Below, in pieces: positions 11,063-21,497 of a stretch of 64,000 nucleotides of DNA (position 1 is the first letter of the stretch; the number at the start of each line of letters is the position of its first letter). The position numbers and the translations under genes are program-made. The notes under the pieces were generated by a model. That model worked only from the letters and a program-made list of their open reading frames with translations. It made no database searches and had not been told where the DNA came from. Location: NCBI GenBank assembly GCA_965198225.1, contig CBDAOY010000009.1, positions 1-64,000 on the forward strand. The letters run 5' to 3'. The stretch comes from Terriglobia bacterium. Lineage in GTDB: Bacteria > Acidobacteriota > Terriglobia > 20CM-2-55-15.

Positions 11063-11157
11063 CTGTCCTCAATCGCAGACTCGTCCGGCGGTCTCGCTCA
11101 CGGCCTTAGCGTGCAAAATCGCACCGATCTGCCTGATACCCTAAATACGGCTGGCAA

Positions 11158-11868
11158 TCAGTTTGCGCAGCAGTGCTTGTATTTGCGGCCTGAGCCACAC
11201 GGACATGGATCGTTACGGCCAACTTTGCGGCCGAAATTCGGCGCGTCATCCGTCCCGAACCCAGTGCCATGCACGCTGCCGCCCGGCCCCCGACCCGCGG
11301 ACCATCGCGATTTCGTCCACGCGTTCAGATTACGTACGAAGTCCGGGATCAGAGCCGACGCCCTCAGGGTGAGGTCGGCAATCGCCTCTTCCGACAGCTC
11401 GGATCGGCCCCGCGAGAACTCGTTCATGGCGAGGATCAGGTTGAGCGACGCGGCGGCTTCCTCGTCATCGCTCAGGACAATCTCCTCCCAGGCGCCGGCG
11501 CGCAGGCGCATCGCCCGTTCGAAACCGTCTATCCAGGGCGCCCACACCACATTGTCGCCGTTAGGATCGATCTGCAAGACTGGCGCGTAGACCTCGGGAT
11601 CCTCCGCCAGTGCCTGGGCGACCCGATTGTAATGGCCCATCACCGCACCGACAATGTCTTCCGCTTCCCCGATGTGTTCGAACACGCCGTCACCTCCCCA
11701 AACCGGAGGCAGCCATTCGGAGGGCAGGATCATCTCCGGGCATACGATCAGGGCGGCTACATAACCGTCAAACTCCACAAGCCTCATCCCTTCCCGTTCG
11801 ACAGGGATCTGGTTCAACAGATCGTTAAGCCGGTCCAGTTCTTCGTCCATGTCGCTCATTGCTGACAT
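11158..11868 (-). CDS. UPF0149/YecA family protein with SEC-C motif
   Basis: EFDGYVAALIVCPEMILPSEWLPPVWG; C-terminal KVGRNDPCPCGSGRKYKHCC. Confidence 0.92.
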   Translation of the reverse strand: MSAMSDMDEELDRLNDLLNQIPVEREGMRLVEFDGYVAALIVCPEMILPSEWLPPVWGGDGVFEHIGEAEDIVGAVMGHYNRVAQALAEDPEVYAPVLQIDPNGDNVVWAPWIDGFERAMRLRAGAWEEIVLSDDEEAAASLNLILAMNEFSRGRSELSEEAIADLTLRASALIPDFVRNLNAWTKSRWSAGRGPGGSVHGTGFGTDDAPNFGRKVGRNDPCPCGSGRKYKHCCAN

Positions 11869-12027
11869 TTATCCGAGAAGTCCAGGGTCCGTCAATACGA
11901 CACAGGCCCAAATGGGGCTGTGACCGTGAAGCTTGTTCCATGACATCGACTCGGAGCGATCCGCCCCGGGCCATGGATGCGCGGAATTCATGTGAACACA
12001 GCCTTTTCACACCAGAACTATTCAGCC

Positions 12028-12115
12028 GGATTTCGTTCGAGTTTTCGCGACTGCGCGGCCGAATACACAGACGCGCCCCATGCGGTCAGAGGCGGCATTT
12101 TCCCATCTTGTCGGC
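12028..12115 (+). pseudogene. tyrosine integrase catalytic-region fragment
   Basis: GFRSSFRDCAAEYTDAPHAV then (frameshift) EAAFSHLVG, resembling the HGFRSSFRDWAAE...EAALAH region of P4-like integrases. Confidence 0.55.
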
Positions 12116-12256
12116 ATGGGCGAGAACCCTTTTTTTGACCGATATCAAGACCAGGCGGCTTCCATCCGTCATCCAGGCTTACAACGTGGGGTGCAATTAA
12201 ACAAAGGTACCAAATCCGTCATAGAAATCGGTCCGAATTGCGAGGCTACCAGGCAC

Positions 12257-12862
12257 TCAGGTCGAGGGCTGGAAGCAGGAGCGGGGCACCTGGGTCAAAT
12301 ATCGGAATACGGTCCTTTCGCTGACAGCGAGTGCGTTGGCGATCTCCGGGATCGTCAATCCTTGCTTTCTGAGCTGGGCCGCCCGGGTGGGCTTTGATTT
12401 GGTGGTCCCTTTCTGCCTGCCGCGATAGATCCCTCGAGTTTTGGCCACAGCGATTCCTGCGTGTTGGCGCTCTCGGCGATACTCCAGTTCGATTTCTGCC
12501 AACCCGAACATGACGCTGGCTACCATCCGGCCCACGGGACCGCTGAGGTCAATCTGTTGGGTGATCGAAACAACGCGCACGCCGCGCTCGCACCAATCGG
12601 CGATCCGATTGATGCCGTCTTGAAGTCGACGCGAGATTCGGTCGAGTTTCCAGACGATGACCGTCTTGATCGTGCCGTCGAATATCGCTTTTTCCATCTG
12701 TTCGAAAGCGACACGGTGGACAGTCTGTCCCGTTTCTTTGTCCTCGAACCAGGTCACCCTGGATGGGGAAATCCCGTGGGCTCGGAGCCACCGCGTGATT
12801 TCGGCCTTTTGGCTGTCGGTCTTCTGTCGCCGGGATGAGACGCGACAGTAGCATGCGATCAT
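12257..12862 (-). CDS. tnpR: serine resolvase
   Basis: YCRVSS catalytic Ser, VWKLDRISR, C-terminal HTH. Confidence 0.92.
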   Translation of the reverse strand: MIACYCRVSSRRQKTDSQKAEITRWLRAHGISPSRVTWFEDKETGQTVHRVAFEQMEKAIFDGTIKTVIVWKLDRISRRLQDGINRIADWCERGVRVVSITQQIDLSGPVGRMVASVMFGLAEIELEYRRERQHAGIAVAKTRGIYRGRQKGTTKSKPTRAAQLRKQGLTIPEIANALAVSERTVFRYLTQVPRSCFQPST

Positions 12863-13061
12863 AACGACACTGCCCTTTCCAATGGGTTGAGGTGGTATCT
12901 CATACTGCCAAGTAGAGTATGGTTTAGTTGGCAGTAATCTCGAGCTGCTGAAAGCCCGGTTTTTCGCACTCAGTGTCGGCAGAAATCTCTGGAAACCCTA
13001 TTTGTCACCCTCAGACTGCCGAAACAGGATTCCCCCTGGCGCGTGCTCGGGTGGGTAGGGA

Positions 13062-13237
13062 ATGCCACGGATGAGCATTCTAACTGCGAACGAGAAGGAA
13101 GCCCTCGAGTCGCCTCCGGATCGGTCGTTGCCCGGCATCACATCAACCTGCACGGCAAGTACGATTTCGCGGCCGAGAAGCTGCAAGATTCGGTCGGTCT
13201 GGAGGTGCCCAAAATCCGTCAGCTCGAGGTGGGTTGA
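13062..13237 (+). pseudogene. tnpA: Tn3 transposase with nearly the whole interior deleted
   Basis: N-terminus MPRMSILTANEKEALESPP joined to the C-terminal motif HINLHGKYDF. Confidence 0.78.
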
Positions 13238-13333
13238 AACTGGGAGTATAGATTTCGGCTCAAACGCTAGAGGCAACAAAGGTTAACCGTGATCGCTATG
13301 ACGGATTTGGTACCTTTGTTTAAATGCACCCTG

Positions 13334-14147
13334 GGGCGTGTTAACACTAACGTAGTGCCTCGACGATGAGCGCGAAGTGAAGGAAGGCGAGGAACATGAC
13401 GTCGAGTTTATCGAAACGGGAGAAGATACGCCGGAAACCCTTGAGTCGGCGGAAGAGCCTCTCGACTTCGTTCCTGCGGCGGTAGAGCACGCGGTCGTAT
13501 TCCCACGGCTCCAGGCGGTTGCGCTTGGGCGGCACGACGGGAATCCACCCAAAATCCAGAGCCAATTGGCGGGTCTGGTCGTCCTGGTAGGCACGGTCCA
13601 TCAGCAGCGGCAGCGGCGCGGGCAATGGCCCCAGGCCGGCGAGCAGATCGCGGCCCTGCGGGGCGTCGTGCGCTTGGCCGGGCGAGAGCGCAAACGTTAT
13701 CGCCGTTCGAGCATTCGCGGCAACCAGATGAATCTTGGTGGTCCATCCGCCGCGGGATTTGCCGATCGCTTGCGGACCGTTTTTTTTAACGCTCCCGTGC
13801 CGTCGGGATGCACCTTCACAATGGTTGAGTCCATCGAAACGGCTTCGACCCGGATGCGGACCAGTTGCTCGCGCTGGAGTTTCTCGAAGACGGCGTCGAG
13901 CACGCCGTTCTTGGACCAGCGGTTCATCCGGGTGTAGATGGTGTGCCAGTTGCCAAAGCGCTTGGGCAGACCGCGCCACTTGCAGCCCTGCTCAGCCACA
14001 TACAAAATGGCGTTCAAGACCGTCAGGTTCGAAAGACTGACGTTGCCCCGCTGACGCGGCAGTTCCGGCTCGATGCGACAATACTGCTCCTGTGTGATCT
14101 CCATGCGTGATTATAAAACATTCATGCTCATTAGTGTTAACACGCCC
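13334..14147 (-). mobile_element. IS5-family IS (IS427-like two-ORF type)
   Basis: Perfect 17-bp IRs GGGCGTGTTAACACTAA; flanks differ (CTG vs TAG). Confidence 0.92.
13347..14104 (-). CDS. IS5-family transposase, orfA/orfB joined by -1 frameshift
   Basis: orfA GCKWRGLPKRFGNWHTIY, MDSTIVKVH; orfB GKSRGGWTTKIH, MDRAY, RNEVERLF; A8 run at 13780-13787. Confidence 0.9.
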
Positions 14148-14795
14148 TAGATTGGTCATACAATGCATGGAACCGGCGCTCCGGCGACTGCTTGGCCGCC
14201 ACCCACAGCCGTCTCTGGAGTTGTCGCGACCAGTTGCCGCCTGTCGGGGTGTTTGGGTCTTCCGACCATGCCCTCGCGCTTACCTCCGTCAACGGCCCTA
14301 CCACCGCAGGGACCCTTCCCTCCAGACGCTTTCACATCCTTCCCAGGTACTTCGGTCCCCTCGGACTCCCGCTCGGCGGCGCTCGACTTCACCTTCGGCT
14401 TATACGAGCCACCTGGCCCTGACACGGCTGCCGAGACGGGTCTCTCCTGTTCCGCATCCATCCTTGCTCACGGGTCGGGCCCTGTACCCCGGAGAAATCC
14501 CTCCTGCTCTCCGGTCTGCTGCAGTCGAGACATGGCCTTCACCGTGATATGAGCGGCTCGGCTTCCTCATTGTGTCTGTGTCGGGGCTGTAGGCTTCACT
14601 AACGTTACGACCCGCGTGCTTGCTCCCTCCGTAGAGGCTTTCGACACCCCGCTTGGATACCGACGATCTCTCCCCGGCTCCGGGGTCTGCTACCCGGCGC
14701 TCCGGCGCTTACCGGGACGGGGCTTCCACCCGCTGGATCGGTGCAGCATACTCAGCACTCTCTATATTCAAGCGGGCCTTCGCTTCAGGACGCAC
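14148..14795 (-). ncRNA. group II intron 5' half (ribozyme domains I-IV and start of RT ORF), truncated by IS5
   Basis: Starts GTGCG at 14795; DIII-type GGAGTCCGAGGGGACCGAAGTACC...GGAAGGGTCCCT; RT N-terminus RQLQRRLWVAAKQSPERRFHALYD ends at the IS5 end. Confidence 0.82.
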
Positions 14796-15022
14796 CATAG
14801 CCTTCAGATTAGCTCAGTTGTGCTTCCCATCCGGGGAAGGGTTGCACAAGGGAGCGGTTCTGTAACCCCCTTAGCCCCAGATGGGCTTTCAAGGGTCTAG
14901 GCTTTCGAAAGGCATTGGTGCATGAATCGGTGTGGATCAGTCATAAATACCGGCAATCATTCGGAAGGAAACCCAGCATGCCCTCAAAGTCCACGTTTTC
15001 CAGAAAAAAGAAAGGGACGACA

Positions 15023-15811
15023 ATGGCCCAGCGCTCCGACCGGCGCCTCCTATACGAAGACGCCGTCCAGTGTGTGGATGCCGAAATCGACTTCGTCGAC
15101 GACACCTATCGCCAGTTGCGCGGCCGTAAGGCAAAGTGGCTGCGCGAAGATTTCTGCGGCAGCGCGAATACGTCGTGCGAGTGGGTGCGCCGGCGAAGAG
15201 GCAGCCACGCGATCGGCGTCGATCTGGATGCTGACGTTCAGCAATGGGGGCGCGAGCACCACATCGCAAAACTGACCGCCAAAGCTCAGGAGCGCATCGA
15301 ACTCATCAACGCCAATGTGATGGAGGTGTCATGCGCACCCGTCGACATCGTGTTGGCGATGAACTTCAGTTACTGGATCTTCAAGACTCGGGACTTGCTA
15401 CGACAGTACTTCCAGAACGTCTACGACGGACTTCTGGATGACGGTCTCTTCATGCTCGATGCCTTCGGGGGCCCGGATGTGCACCGGGAAATGCGCGCAC
15501 GCACGAAGCTGAAGCGGTTCACCTATATCTGGGACCAGAAAGCCTACAACCCCATCACCGGTGACATGCTATGCCACATCCACTTCAGCTTCCCCGACGG
15601 CTCAAAGATCAAGAATGCCTTTACCTATGACTTGAGGCTCTGGACTTTACCCGAGATTCGGGAACTGCTGCTCGAAGCAGGATTCCAGCGTGCCACTGTC
15701 TACTGGGAAGGCACCGACGAAGAGACTGAGGAAGGAAACGGAGAGTTTACGCCCACCGAGGAAGGCGACGCGGACGCCACCTTTCTCGTTTACATCGTCG
15801 CTGAAAAGTAA
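15023..15811 (+). CDS. class I SAM-dependent methyltransferase
   Basis: LREDFCGSA motif I variant, IGVDLD, DIVLAMNFSYW; alternative start at 14978. Confidence 0.85.
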   Translation: MAQRSDRRLLYEDAVQCVDAEIDFVDDTYRQLRGRKAKWLREDFCGSANTSCEWVRRRRGSHAIGVDLDADVQQWGREHHIAKLTAKAQERIELINANVMEVSCAPVDIVLAMNFSYWIFKTRDLLRQYFQNVYDGLLDDGLFMLDAFGGPDVHREMRARTKLKRFTYIWDQKAYNPITGDMLCHIHFSFPDGSKIKNAFTYDLRLWTLPEIRELLLEAGFQRATVYWEGTDEETEEGNGEFTPTEEGDADATFLVYIVAEK

Positions 15812-16101
15812 ACCGAGGTCCAGTTGGCTCATCAAAATCGCGTTCTTCGATTACCTCTCATCAGGAGCGGCGGAGTTTCGTGCTTCGACGCTTTCCCCCA
15901 CGAACACCGCAGCGGGCCGAGATTGCGCGTCAAGTTGATGTATACCTCAACCCGGCACCCGCCGGAGGCGGTGAACCTCCTTGGTGTACGATTGGTTCCG
16001 TTTCGTGAGGTACCTTTATTGAGGTTGCCCTTGCGGACGTCTATACGGATGATATACACATAGAGCGCGCCAAAGTTTCATGCACTTAAGCGTAGGAGGG
16101 A

Positions 16102-16368
16102 GTGACTCCAGTGGGCCAAGTAAACTTCCGGATGAAAGACGAGCGTCTGGCGCTCATCGACCGCGCGGCGGCGATACGGGGTGTAACGCGCACCGAATTC
16201 GTGCTCCGATCAAGTGAAGCCGCGGCGATTGAGACGTTGAATGAACGCCCCGTCATTGCGCTCGATGATGAGTCATACGATGCATTCGTCGCTGCTCTTG
16301 ATGCGCCGGTAGAACCGAACGACCGTCTGAAAGAATGCTTTGCGCCGCCGCCGCTGTGGGAACGATAA
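16102..16368 (+). CDS. DUF1778 ribbon-helix-helix antitoxin (TacA/AtaR-like)
   Basis: VNFRM...LIDRAAAIRGVTRTEFVL...FVAALDAP; overlaps GNAT toxin gene. Confidence 0.92.
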   Translation: MTPVGQVNFRMKDERLALIDRAAAIRGVTRTEFVLRSSEAAAIETLNERPVIALDDESYDAFVAALDAPVEPNDRLKECFAPPPLWER

Positions 16369-16859
16369 CCGCTCCGGAGCCGATCAGTGAACGTCATGAT
16401 GTCTCGCAGTTCGACTCCGGAATGCCCAGCCTTAATGTCTGGCTCCAGCGCAAAGCCCGGTTGAATGAGGCGAAGGGAGGCGCACGGACGTACGTTGTCT
16501 GTGATGGCACCCGGGTGATCGCATTTTACAGCCTCGCAGCCAGTGCGGTGGAAAGGCTGCGGGTGTCGTCTCGCGTCGGCAGAACCATGCCCGAACCGAT
16601 CCCGGTGATCTTGTTGGGACAACTGGCGGTAGACACGAACTATCAAGGAAGGGGTTTGGGGTCCGGCCTGTTGATCGATGCCGGGAAGAGAGCATTAACG
16701 GCGGCCGATGTGATTGGTGCGCGGGCCATCGTCGTCCAAGCGTTCGACGAAGCTGCTAAGAAATTTTACGAGCCATTTGGTTTCTTGCCATTCTCGGATC
16801 GCGAACCACTGATGTTGATCCTCCGAATCTCTGAACTGAGGATTGCGCTTCAAAGTTAG
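16356..16859 (+). CDS. GNAT acetyltransferase toxin (TacT/AtaT-like)
   Basis: FDSGMPSLNVWL, PVILLGQLAVD..YQGRGLG, AKKFYEPFGF. Confidence 0.92.
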   Translation: MGTITAPEPISERHDVSQFDSGMPSLNVWLQRKARLNEAKGGARTYVVCDGTRVIAFYSLAASAVERLRVSSRVGRTMPEPIPVILLGQLAVDTNYQGRGLGSGLLIDAGKRALTAADVIGARAIVVQAFDEAAKKFYEPFGFLPFSDREPLMLILRISELRIALQS

Positions 16860-16898
16860 GTCAGCACTTCGAACGAACAGGGGACGGCAAGTACTAAC

Positions 16899-18629
16899 CC
16901 CTATATTTCACGGATAGGACCAGAAAAGGCCGCCCTGTTTGGCATAAAGCGTTTGACGAGAAACGTTTAAAAACCCAAACGGAGACGGCCCTTATGAGAA
17001 CAGAGTGTAAGCAAGCCACGTTCGAATTTCACGGACTTTTTCAACGGAAAGTGAAGGCGCGATTCGACGGCGGAAAGATCACCTCCGACGCGGGTGTTCT
17101 GCTGTTGAGGGAAGTCGAGAAGCGGACGGGTTTGATCGCCGGACTGGAGCAGTGTTTTACCGATCACCGGGACCCGAGGTTGATCGAACACAGCGTGAAG
17201 GAGTTGTTGGGCCAGCGGATTTATGGACTGTGCTTGGGCTATGAGGACCTGAACGACCACGACCAGCTACGGACCGATCCGATGCTGGCCGTGGCGGTGG
17301 AGAAGGCCGATCCACTGGGAAAAAACCGGCGGCAGGCCGGAGACCGGGGAAAGGCGTTGGCAGGCAAGTGCACGCTGAACCGGTTGGAACTGACCGCAGA
17401 GCAGGTCGATGGCCAGGAGCGGTACAAGAAGATCGCCATGGATGGCGACAAGATCGACCGGTGGATGGTCGACGCGTTTATCGCGGCCCACGAATCGGAG
17501 CCCTCTGAGATCGTTCTGGACCTGGATGCCACCGACGATACGATCCATGGCAACCAGGAAGGACGGTTCTTTCACGGCTACTACGGCAACTACTGCTACC
17601 TGCCGTTGTACATCTTCTCGGGAGAACATCTGCTGTGCGCCCGGCTCCGGCGTTCCAACATTGACGGGGCCGACGGAGCGGTGGATGAGTTAGAGCGCAT
17701 CGTCGGTCAGATCCGACAGGTGTGGCCCACAGTATCGATCATCATCCGGGCCGACTCGGGCTTTTGCAGGGATGAACTGCTCGCCTGGTGTGAATCCCAT
17801 CCGGTCGATTATGTGATCGGGTTGGCCAAGAACAGTCGTCTCAAGCAAGAAATCGCTGAAGAAATGGTTCAGGCGGAAGCGGAGTTTAACGCCACCGGGA
17901 AACCGGCGCGGGTGTTTAAGGATTTCCAGTACCGGACTCTAAACAGCTGGACCCGCGCGCGACGCGTCGTCGGCAAGGCGGAGTTCCTGGACAAGGGCGC
18001 CAATCCCCGATTCATCGTGACCTCCCTGCCGCCGGAACGCTTCCAAGCCCGCGCTTTGTATGAGGACTTCTACTGCGCGCGGGGCGACATGGAGAACCGT
18101 ATCAAGGAACAGCAGTTGGACCTATTTGCGGACCGGACCAGCGCGGCGACCATGCGCGCCAATCAGCTCCGGCTCTATCTCTCCTCAGCTGCGTACATGC
18201 TCATGCATGCCCTGCGACGCCTCGGGCTCAAAGATACCGCGATGGCCCATGCCCAGTGCGGGTCCGTCTGAAGCTTCTCAAAATCGGCGCCCGAATCCGC
18301 CTGACGGTCCGCAACGTCTGGATCTCGATGTCGGAGGCCTATCCCTATCCCGAAACCTTCGCCCTTATCATGCGGAACCTGCAGTCGATTCCGCTTCGTT
18401 GCTGACGACACGATTCACCCACAACCGAAAAACTCACTTCTTCATCTGCACAGGGCCGAGGTCTGCCTCCACACGCCGAATCATGCCCCTGTCGTGCCAA
18501 ACGAGTCGACCTCACGTCCTCAACAACGACTGATTCCCCCGATTCACCGACTCCAGGATTCAGAACTCGCCGCAATTCGTTTCTCGTACCCGAAAACCAG
18601 CCGATTCCCGGATTGGTGACCCATCCGGG
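16899..18629 (+). mobile_element. IS1380-family IS
   Basis: CCC...TCAC / GTGA...GGG imperfect ends flanked by direct repeat CTAAC (16894-16898, 18630-18634). Confidence 0.8.
16994..18405 (+). pseudogene. IS1380 transposase, frameshifted at ~18262
   Basis: FDGGKITSDAG, LDLDATDD, RADSGF, RGDMENRIKE; C-terminal RLKLLKIGARIR lies in another frame. Confidence 0.88.
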
Positions 18630-18871
18630 CTAACCTCGCCAGTCCCGCGTTTGATCACTCGTCTTCGCTTTTTCTATCGTACCGCGCAAGTATGCCCGGT
18701 TTGATGCGGCGAACAACCTCGGTCCGGCCCTCGGACGGCCTCTGATTTCGCTCTCCGGGCCTTCTGCGAAGTCCCCAACCCATCTCGGCGCCAGGGACTC
18801 GTGGGCTCTGTGTACTCACCATCCCTAGCAGGAGCTACCGTATACCATTACTCGTTTCTGCTTGCTACCCC

Positions 18872-19280
18872 CACTACGCCTACTATGGCATTGCCGGGAA
18901 CCTCCGGGCTCTGCAGCACGTCGCTCGGGCCGTGGAACGTTACTGGCGCCAAATGCTCAGCAGTCGTAGTCGTGCAGGCTTCGTCCGGTGGGAGGTATTC
19001 AACCGGATTCAGCTGCACTTTCCGTTACAGCGTCCCAAGTTGGCTCTCCGCTATCGGGAGTTCCAGTCTCTCGCTGTGCTGTAAATCCAATTCTGAAGAG
19101 CGCAGTGCGGGAAATCCGCACGCTGCGTTCTGTGGGAGCCGGAGGCGGGCAACTGCCTCCGGCCACCCGGTGCGACTGGAAACGAAGCCACGGCGAGGAG
19201 TGAGGCACCGGAATCGGCGAAAGCCACCGGCAACAGCTACCCCCTTTGCCTACCGCCACCGCGCCAGTCGTCGACTCTAC
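18872..19280 (+). ncRNA. group II intron 3' remnants: maturase C-terminus, DV-DVI, then a second DVI/3' end
   Basis: HYAYYGIAGNL...YWRQMLSSRS (18872-19084); DV GAGCGCAGTGCGGGAAATCCGCACGCTGCGTTC (from 19098); DVI hairpin; second end ...ACCGCGCCAGTCGTCGACTCTAC at 19280. Confidence 0.8.
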
Positions 19281-19290
19281 ACGAATGTGG

Positions 19291-19312
19291 GCGCGACCCT
19301 TAAGGGTCGCGC
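19291..19312. repeat. perfect 22-bp palindrome (REP- or terminator-like)
   Basis: GCGCGACCCTTAAGGGTCGCGC. Confidence 0.65.
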
Positions 19313-19365
19313 GAGGCCATCAGCGGACGGCCCCCCCGCCAGTTGACGAATCGTGTCAGTACCCT

Positions 19366-21204
19366 TTACTGGGACCGCTCGAGCGGTTCACCCGACGCAT
19401 CAGTAAGACTGAGTGTTCCAGATGAGTTCTGGCCTGCGGTTCCGCTGAACAGTATGAACTGTGTGGACCATCCCCCCGAGTCCGCCAGATGTGCGAAGAA
19501 TCTGTCCTCCGAGGTCGAAGGATCCATCTCGTTCGATGGAGAGGTTGTCGTCATCTTCAATGCGCCGTTTTCGTTGACGCGCAACCTCAATGCAACCATT
19601 GCGACATCGGCGGCCGAGGTGACACGGAGTACTCCGGAGAAGTTATCTGGCAGTGAAAAGATCTGGTCGAGAAAACGGGCCACCTGACCCGACGGTGGAA
19701 GCGATAGCGTTTCCGGAGCGACCGCCAGCGATCCATCGAGGCGCGTCACCTCCAACGTCACAGTGTTGGATGTGGCCGCCGTGTTGGTGATGGCCAGGCC
19801 GCTTCGGATCGAATCCGCCTGTTCGGGCGTTCCAGACGCTTCCACATAGACACGGAATGCCGACCCTTTGGGCAACGCAGGCACTCCGGCTTCGGAAAGT
19901 GTCTTTTCCCCTGAAGCAAAAGAGAAGACGACCAGACCGGAGGCGGCGGCGTTTTGGCTGTGGGGTGTCGCTCTCACCGAACCCACGGCCAGTCCGCCGG
20001 GAGGGTTCGAGGTGGTGAATCTCTGAGCGCTGCGGGGAGCAATGGAATAATCGAAGTTCGACCCCGTCGACCCATCGTCCAGCGTCAGGACCACGGGCGC
20101 GCTCGCCGCCGTATCGCTCCCCTGTCCCAGGAACGCAACCGTTCCCGTAATCGCACAATCCGTTGGATTCACGAGAACGAGCTGGGTCTCCCATCCACTA
20201 CCATCCGCCAAATGTGGGAAGTAGACCGTATCCGAATAGCTCGACGAAAGGGGCGCGACCGGGAGCGTCGTCATCAGAAACTCGTCGGCTTCGTTGGTGA
20301 ATCCCCGGAGGGCGACGACAGCGACAGGCACCGACGCGGTAAACGTCAAGGTTCCCAATACGGAGGAGCCACTGTTGAATGGCGCCTGATCCAGGAATTT
20401 CGCCGTCTGCTGCTGCGCTCCAAGTTCGAAGCTGCCGTCCGCGAAACGGGTGCCGCTGGTGTCTGTGAAATAGAAGCGGATCGTGGCCGGCCCGTCGTTC
20501 GGATTGGCGATCGCCAGACCGGTAGTGACCGGACCGTTCACCTCGGCAAATATCCGCCCTTCCTGGACCGGCTCGACGGCCGGGACACCGGCTTCGGAAA
20601 TCAGCACCCCGTTCTGCCTGAATCCGAAGATTGCGATCCCGGAAGGCGTGGTTGAACCCGCCTCCGCGCGAATTCGCCCATAACCCACTCTCAACGACTC
20701 TGCCGTCCCGCTACTCGTGATGGATTGGCCCCCACGATCCGGGATTGAGAACGGTTCGGGCTCAGGAGGAGCCAGCAGCGTCAGCTTGCGGATGCGATCG
20801 TTCCAGGCATCGGCGATGTAGAGGTTGCCCGCCCCGTCCACCGCCACGCCCTCGGGGAAGCGGAGTTGCGCCTCAGTCGCCGGACCCCCGTCCCCGCTGA
20901 ACCCGCTCTCTTCCGTCCCCGCAACCGTCGTGATCGTCCCTGCCGCATCCACCTTGCGTATCCGGCCGTTCGACGTATCGGCGATGTAGAGGTTGCCTGC
21001 CGCGTCCACCACCGCGCCATTGGGGAAGCTGAGCTGCGCCTCAGTCGCCGGACCCCCGTCCCCAATCACTCGCAGGCCGGCGACCGTGTCGATTCTATAG
21101 CTGGCCTGAGGTTGCGCCCCGGCTACTGCCGTGAGTAGGGTCAGACAGACGAAAGGAGATCCGAAGAGCGCGACGGTGCGTTTCATGGTCCCGATCATTC
21201 GCAT
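19366..21204 (-). CDS. secreted NHL-repeat protein with acidobacterial-type C-terminal beta domains
   Basis: Signal peptide; two GDGGPATEAQL..P....VD.AGNLYIAD repeats; repeated GLAIANP/GLAITN and FPHLADG.GW modules. Confidence 0.85.
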   Translation of the reverse strand: MRMIGTMKRTVALFGSPFVCLTLLTAVAGAQPQASYRIDTVAGLRVIGDGGPATEAQLSFPNGAVVDAAGNLYIADTSNGRIRKVDAAGTITTVAGTEESGFSGDGGPATEAQLRFPEGVAVDGAGNLYIADAWNDRIRKLTLLAPPEPEPFSIPDRGGQSITSSGTAESLRVGYGRIRAEAGSTTPSGIAIFGFRQNGVLISEAGVPAVEPVQEGRIFAEVNGPVTTGLAIANPNDGPATIRFYFTDTSGTRFADGSFELGAQQQTAKFLDQAPFNSGSSVLGTLTFTASVPVAVVALRGFTNEADEFLMTTLPVAPLSSSYSDTVYFPHLADGSGWETQLVLVNPTDCAITGTVAFLGQGSDTAASAPVVLTLDDGSTGSNFDYSIAPRSAQRFTTSNPPGGLAVGSVRATPHSQNAAASGLVVFSFASGEKTLSEAGVPALPKGSAFRVYVEASGTPEQADSIRSGLAITNTAATSNTVTLEVTRLDGSLAVAPETLSLPPSGQVARFLDQIFSLPDNFSGVLRVTSAADVAMVALRLRVNENGALKMTTTSPSNEMDPSTSEDRFFAHLADSGGWSTQFILFSGTAGQNSSGTLSLTDASGEPLERSQ

Positions 21205-21497
21205 GGTGGTAACTTCCTTTTCCCAATTTGGAGTTTCCCCGGCCGCCGGAAGGTGGTTGCCGGGTCGTTGCAAGCGTTCTCTCAGGAAAAGAGGGAAGTT
21301 CCCATCTATTCACCAAGGCTCAGGGAGCTACCAGAGGAGAAACCATATCACTCACACATTTAGGACACTATAACACCCCTAAAAATGGCCGTAAGATGCC
21401 ACTCCAGTGTCTAAAAAGCCTCGGAGGCGTGGGTTTTAAAGCGCTGTGACCCCAAATAGCATTCAACCGCATTTTCGGCAGCTGGACGTATGAATGG

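Larger units (their letters stand above)
8734..11142. mobile_element. internally deleted Tn3-family element carrying an IS1182 insertion
   Basis: 38-bp inverted ends AGGGTATCAGGCAGAT(T/C)GGTG...TTTTGCACGCTAAG at 8734-8771 and 11105-11142; tnpR stub MMLIGYARVSTQE (8958-8920, minus), res-like region, tnpA stub; no TSD seen. Confidence 0.85.
12188..13331. mobile_element. miniature non-autonomous Tn3-family element (resolvase + deleted tnpA)
   Basis: IRs GGG(G)TGCA(A/T)TTAAACAAAGGTACCAAATCCGTCATAG at 12188-12224 and 13296-13331. Confidence 0.88.

Noticed and set aside
13016-13036. TGCCGAAACAGGA as the second att copy of tRNA-Leu
   Set aside because: Match is short and imperfect and lies within a Tn3 res region
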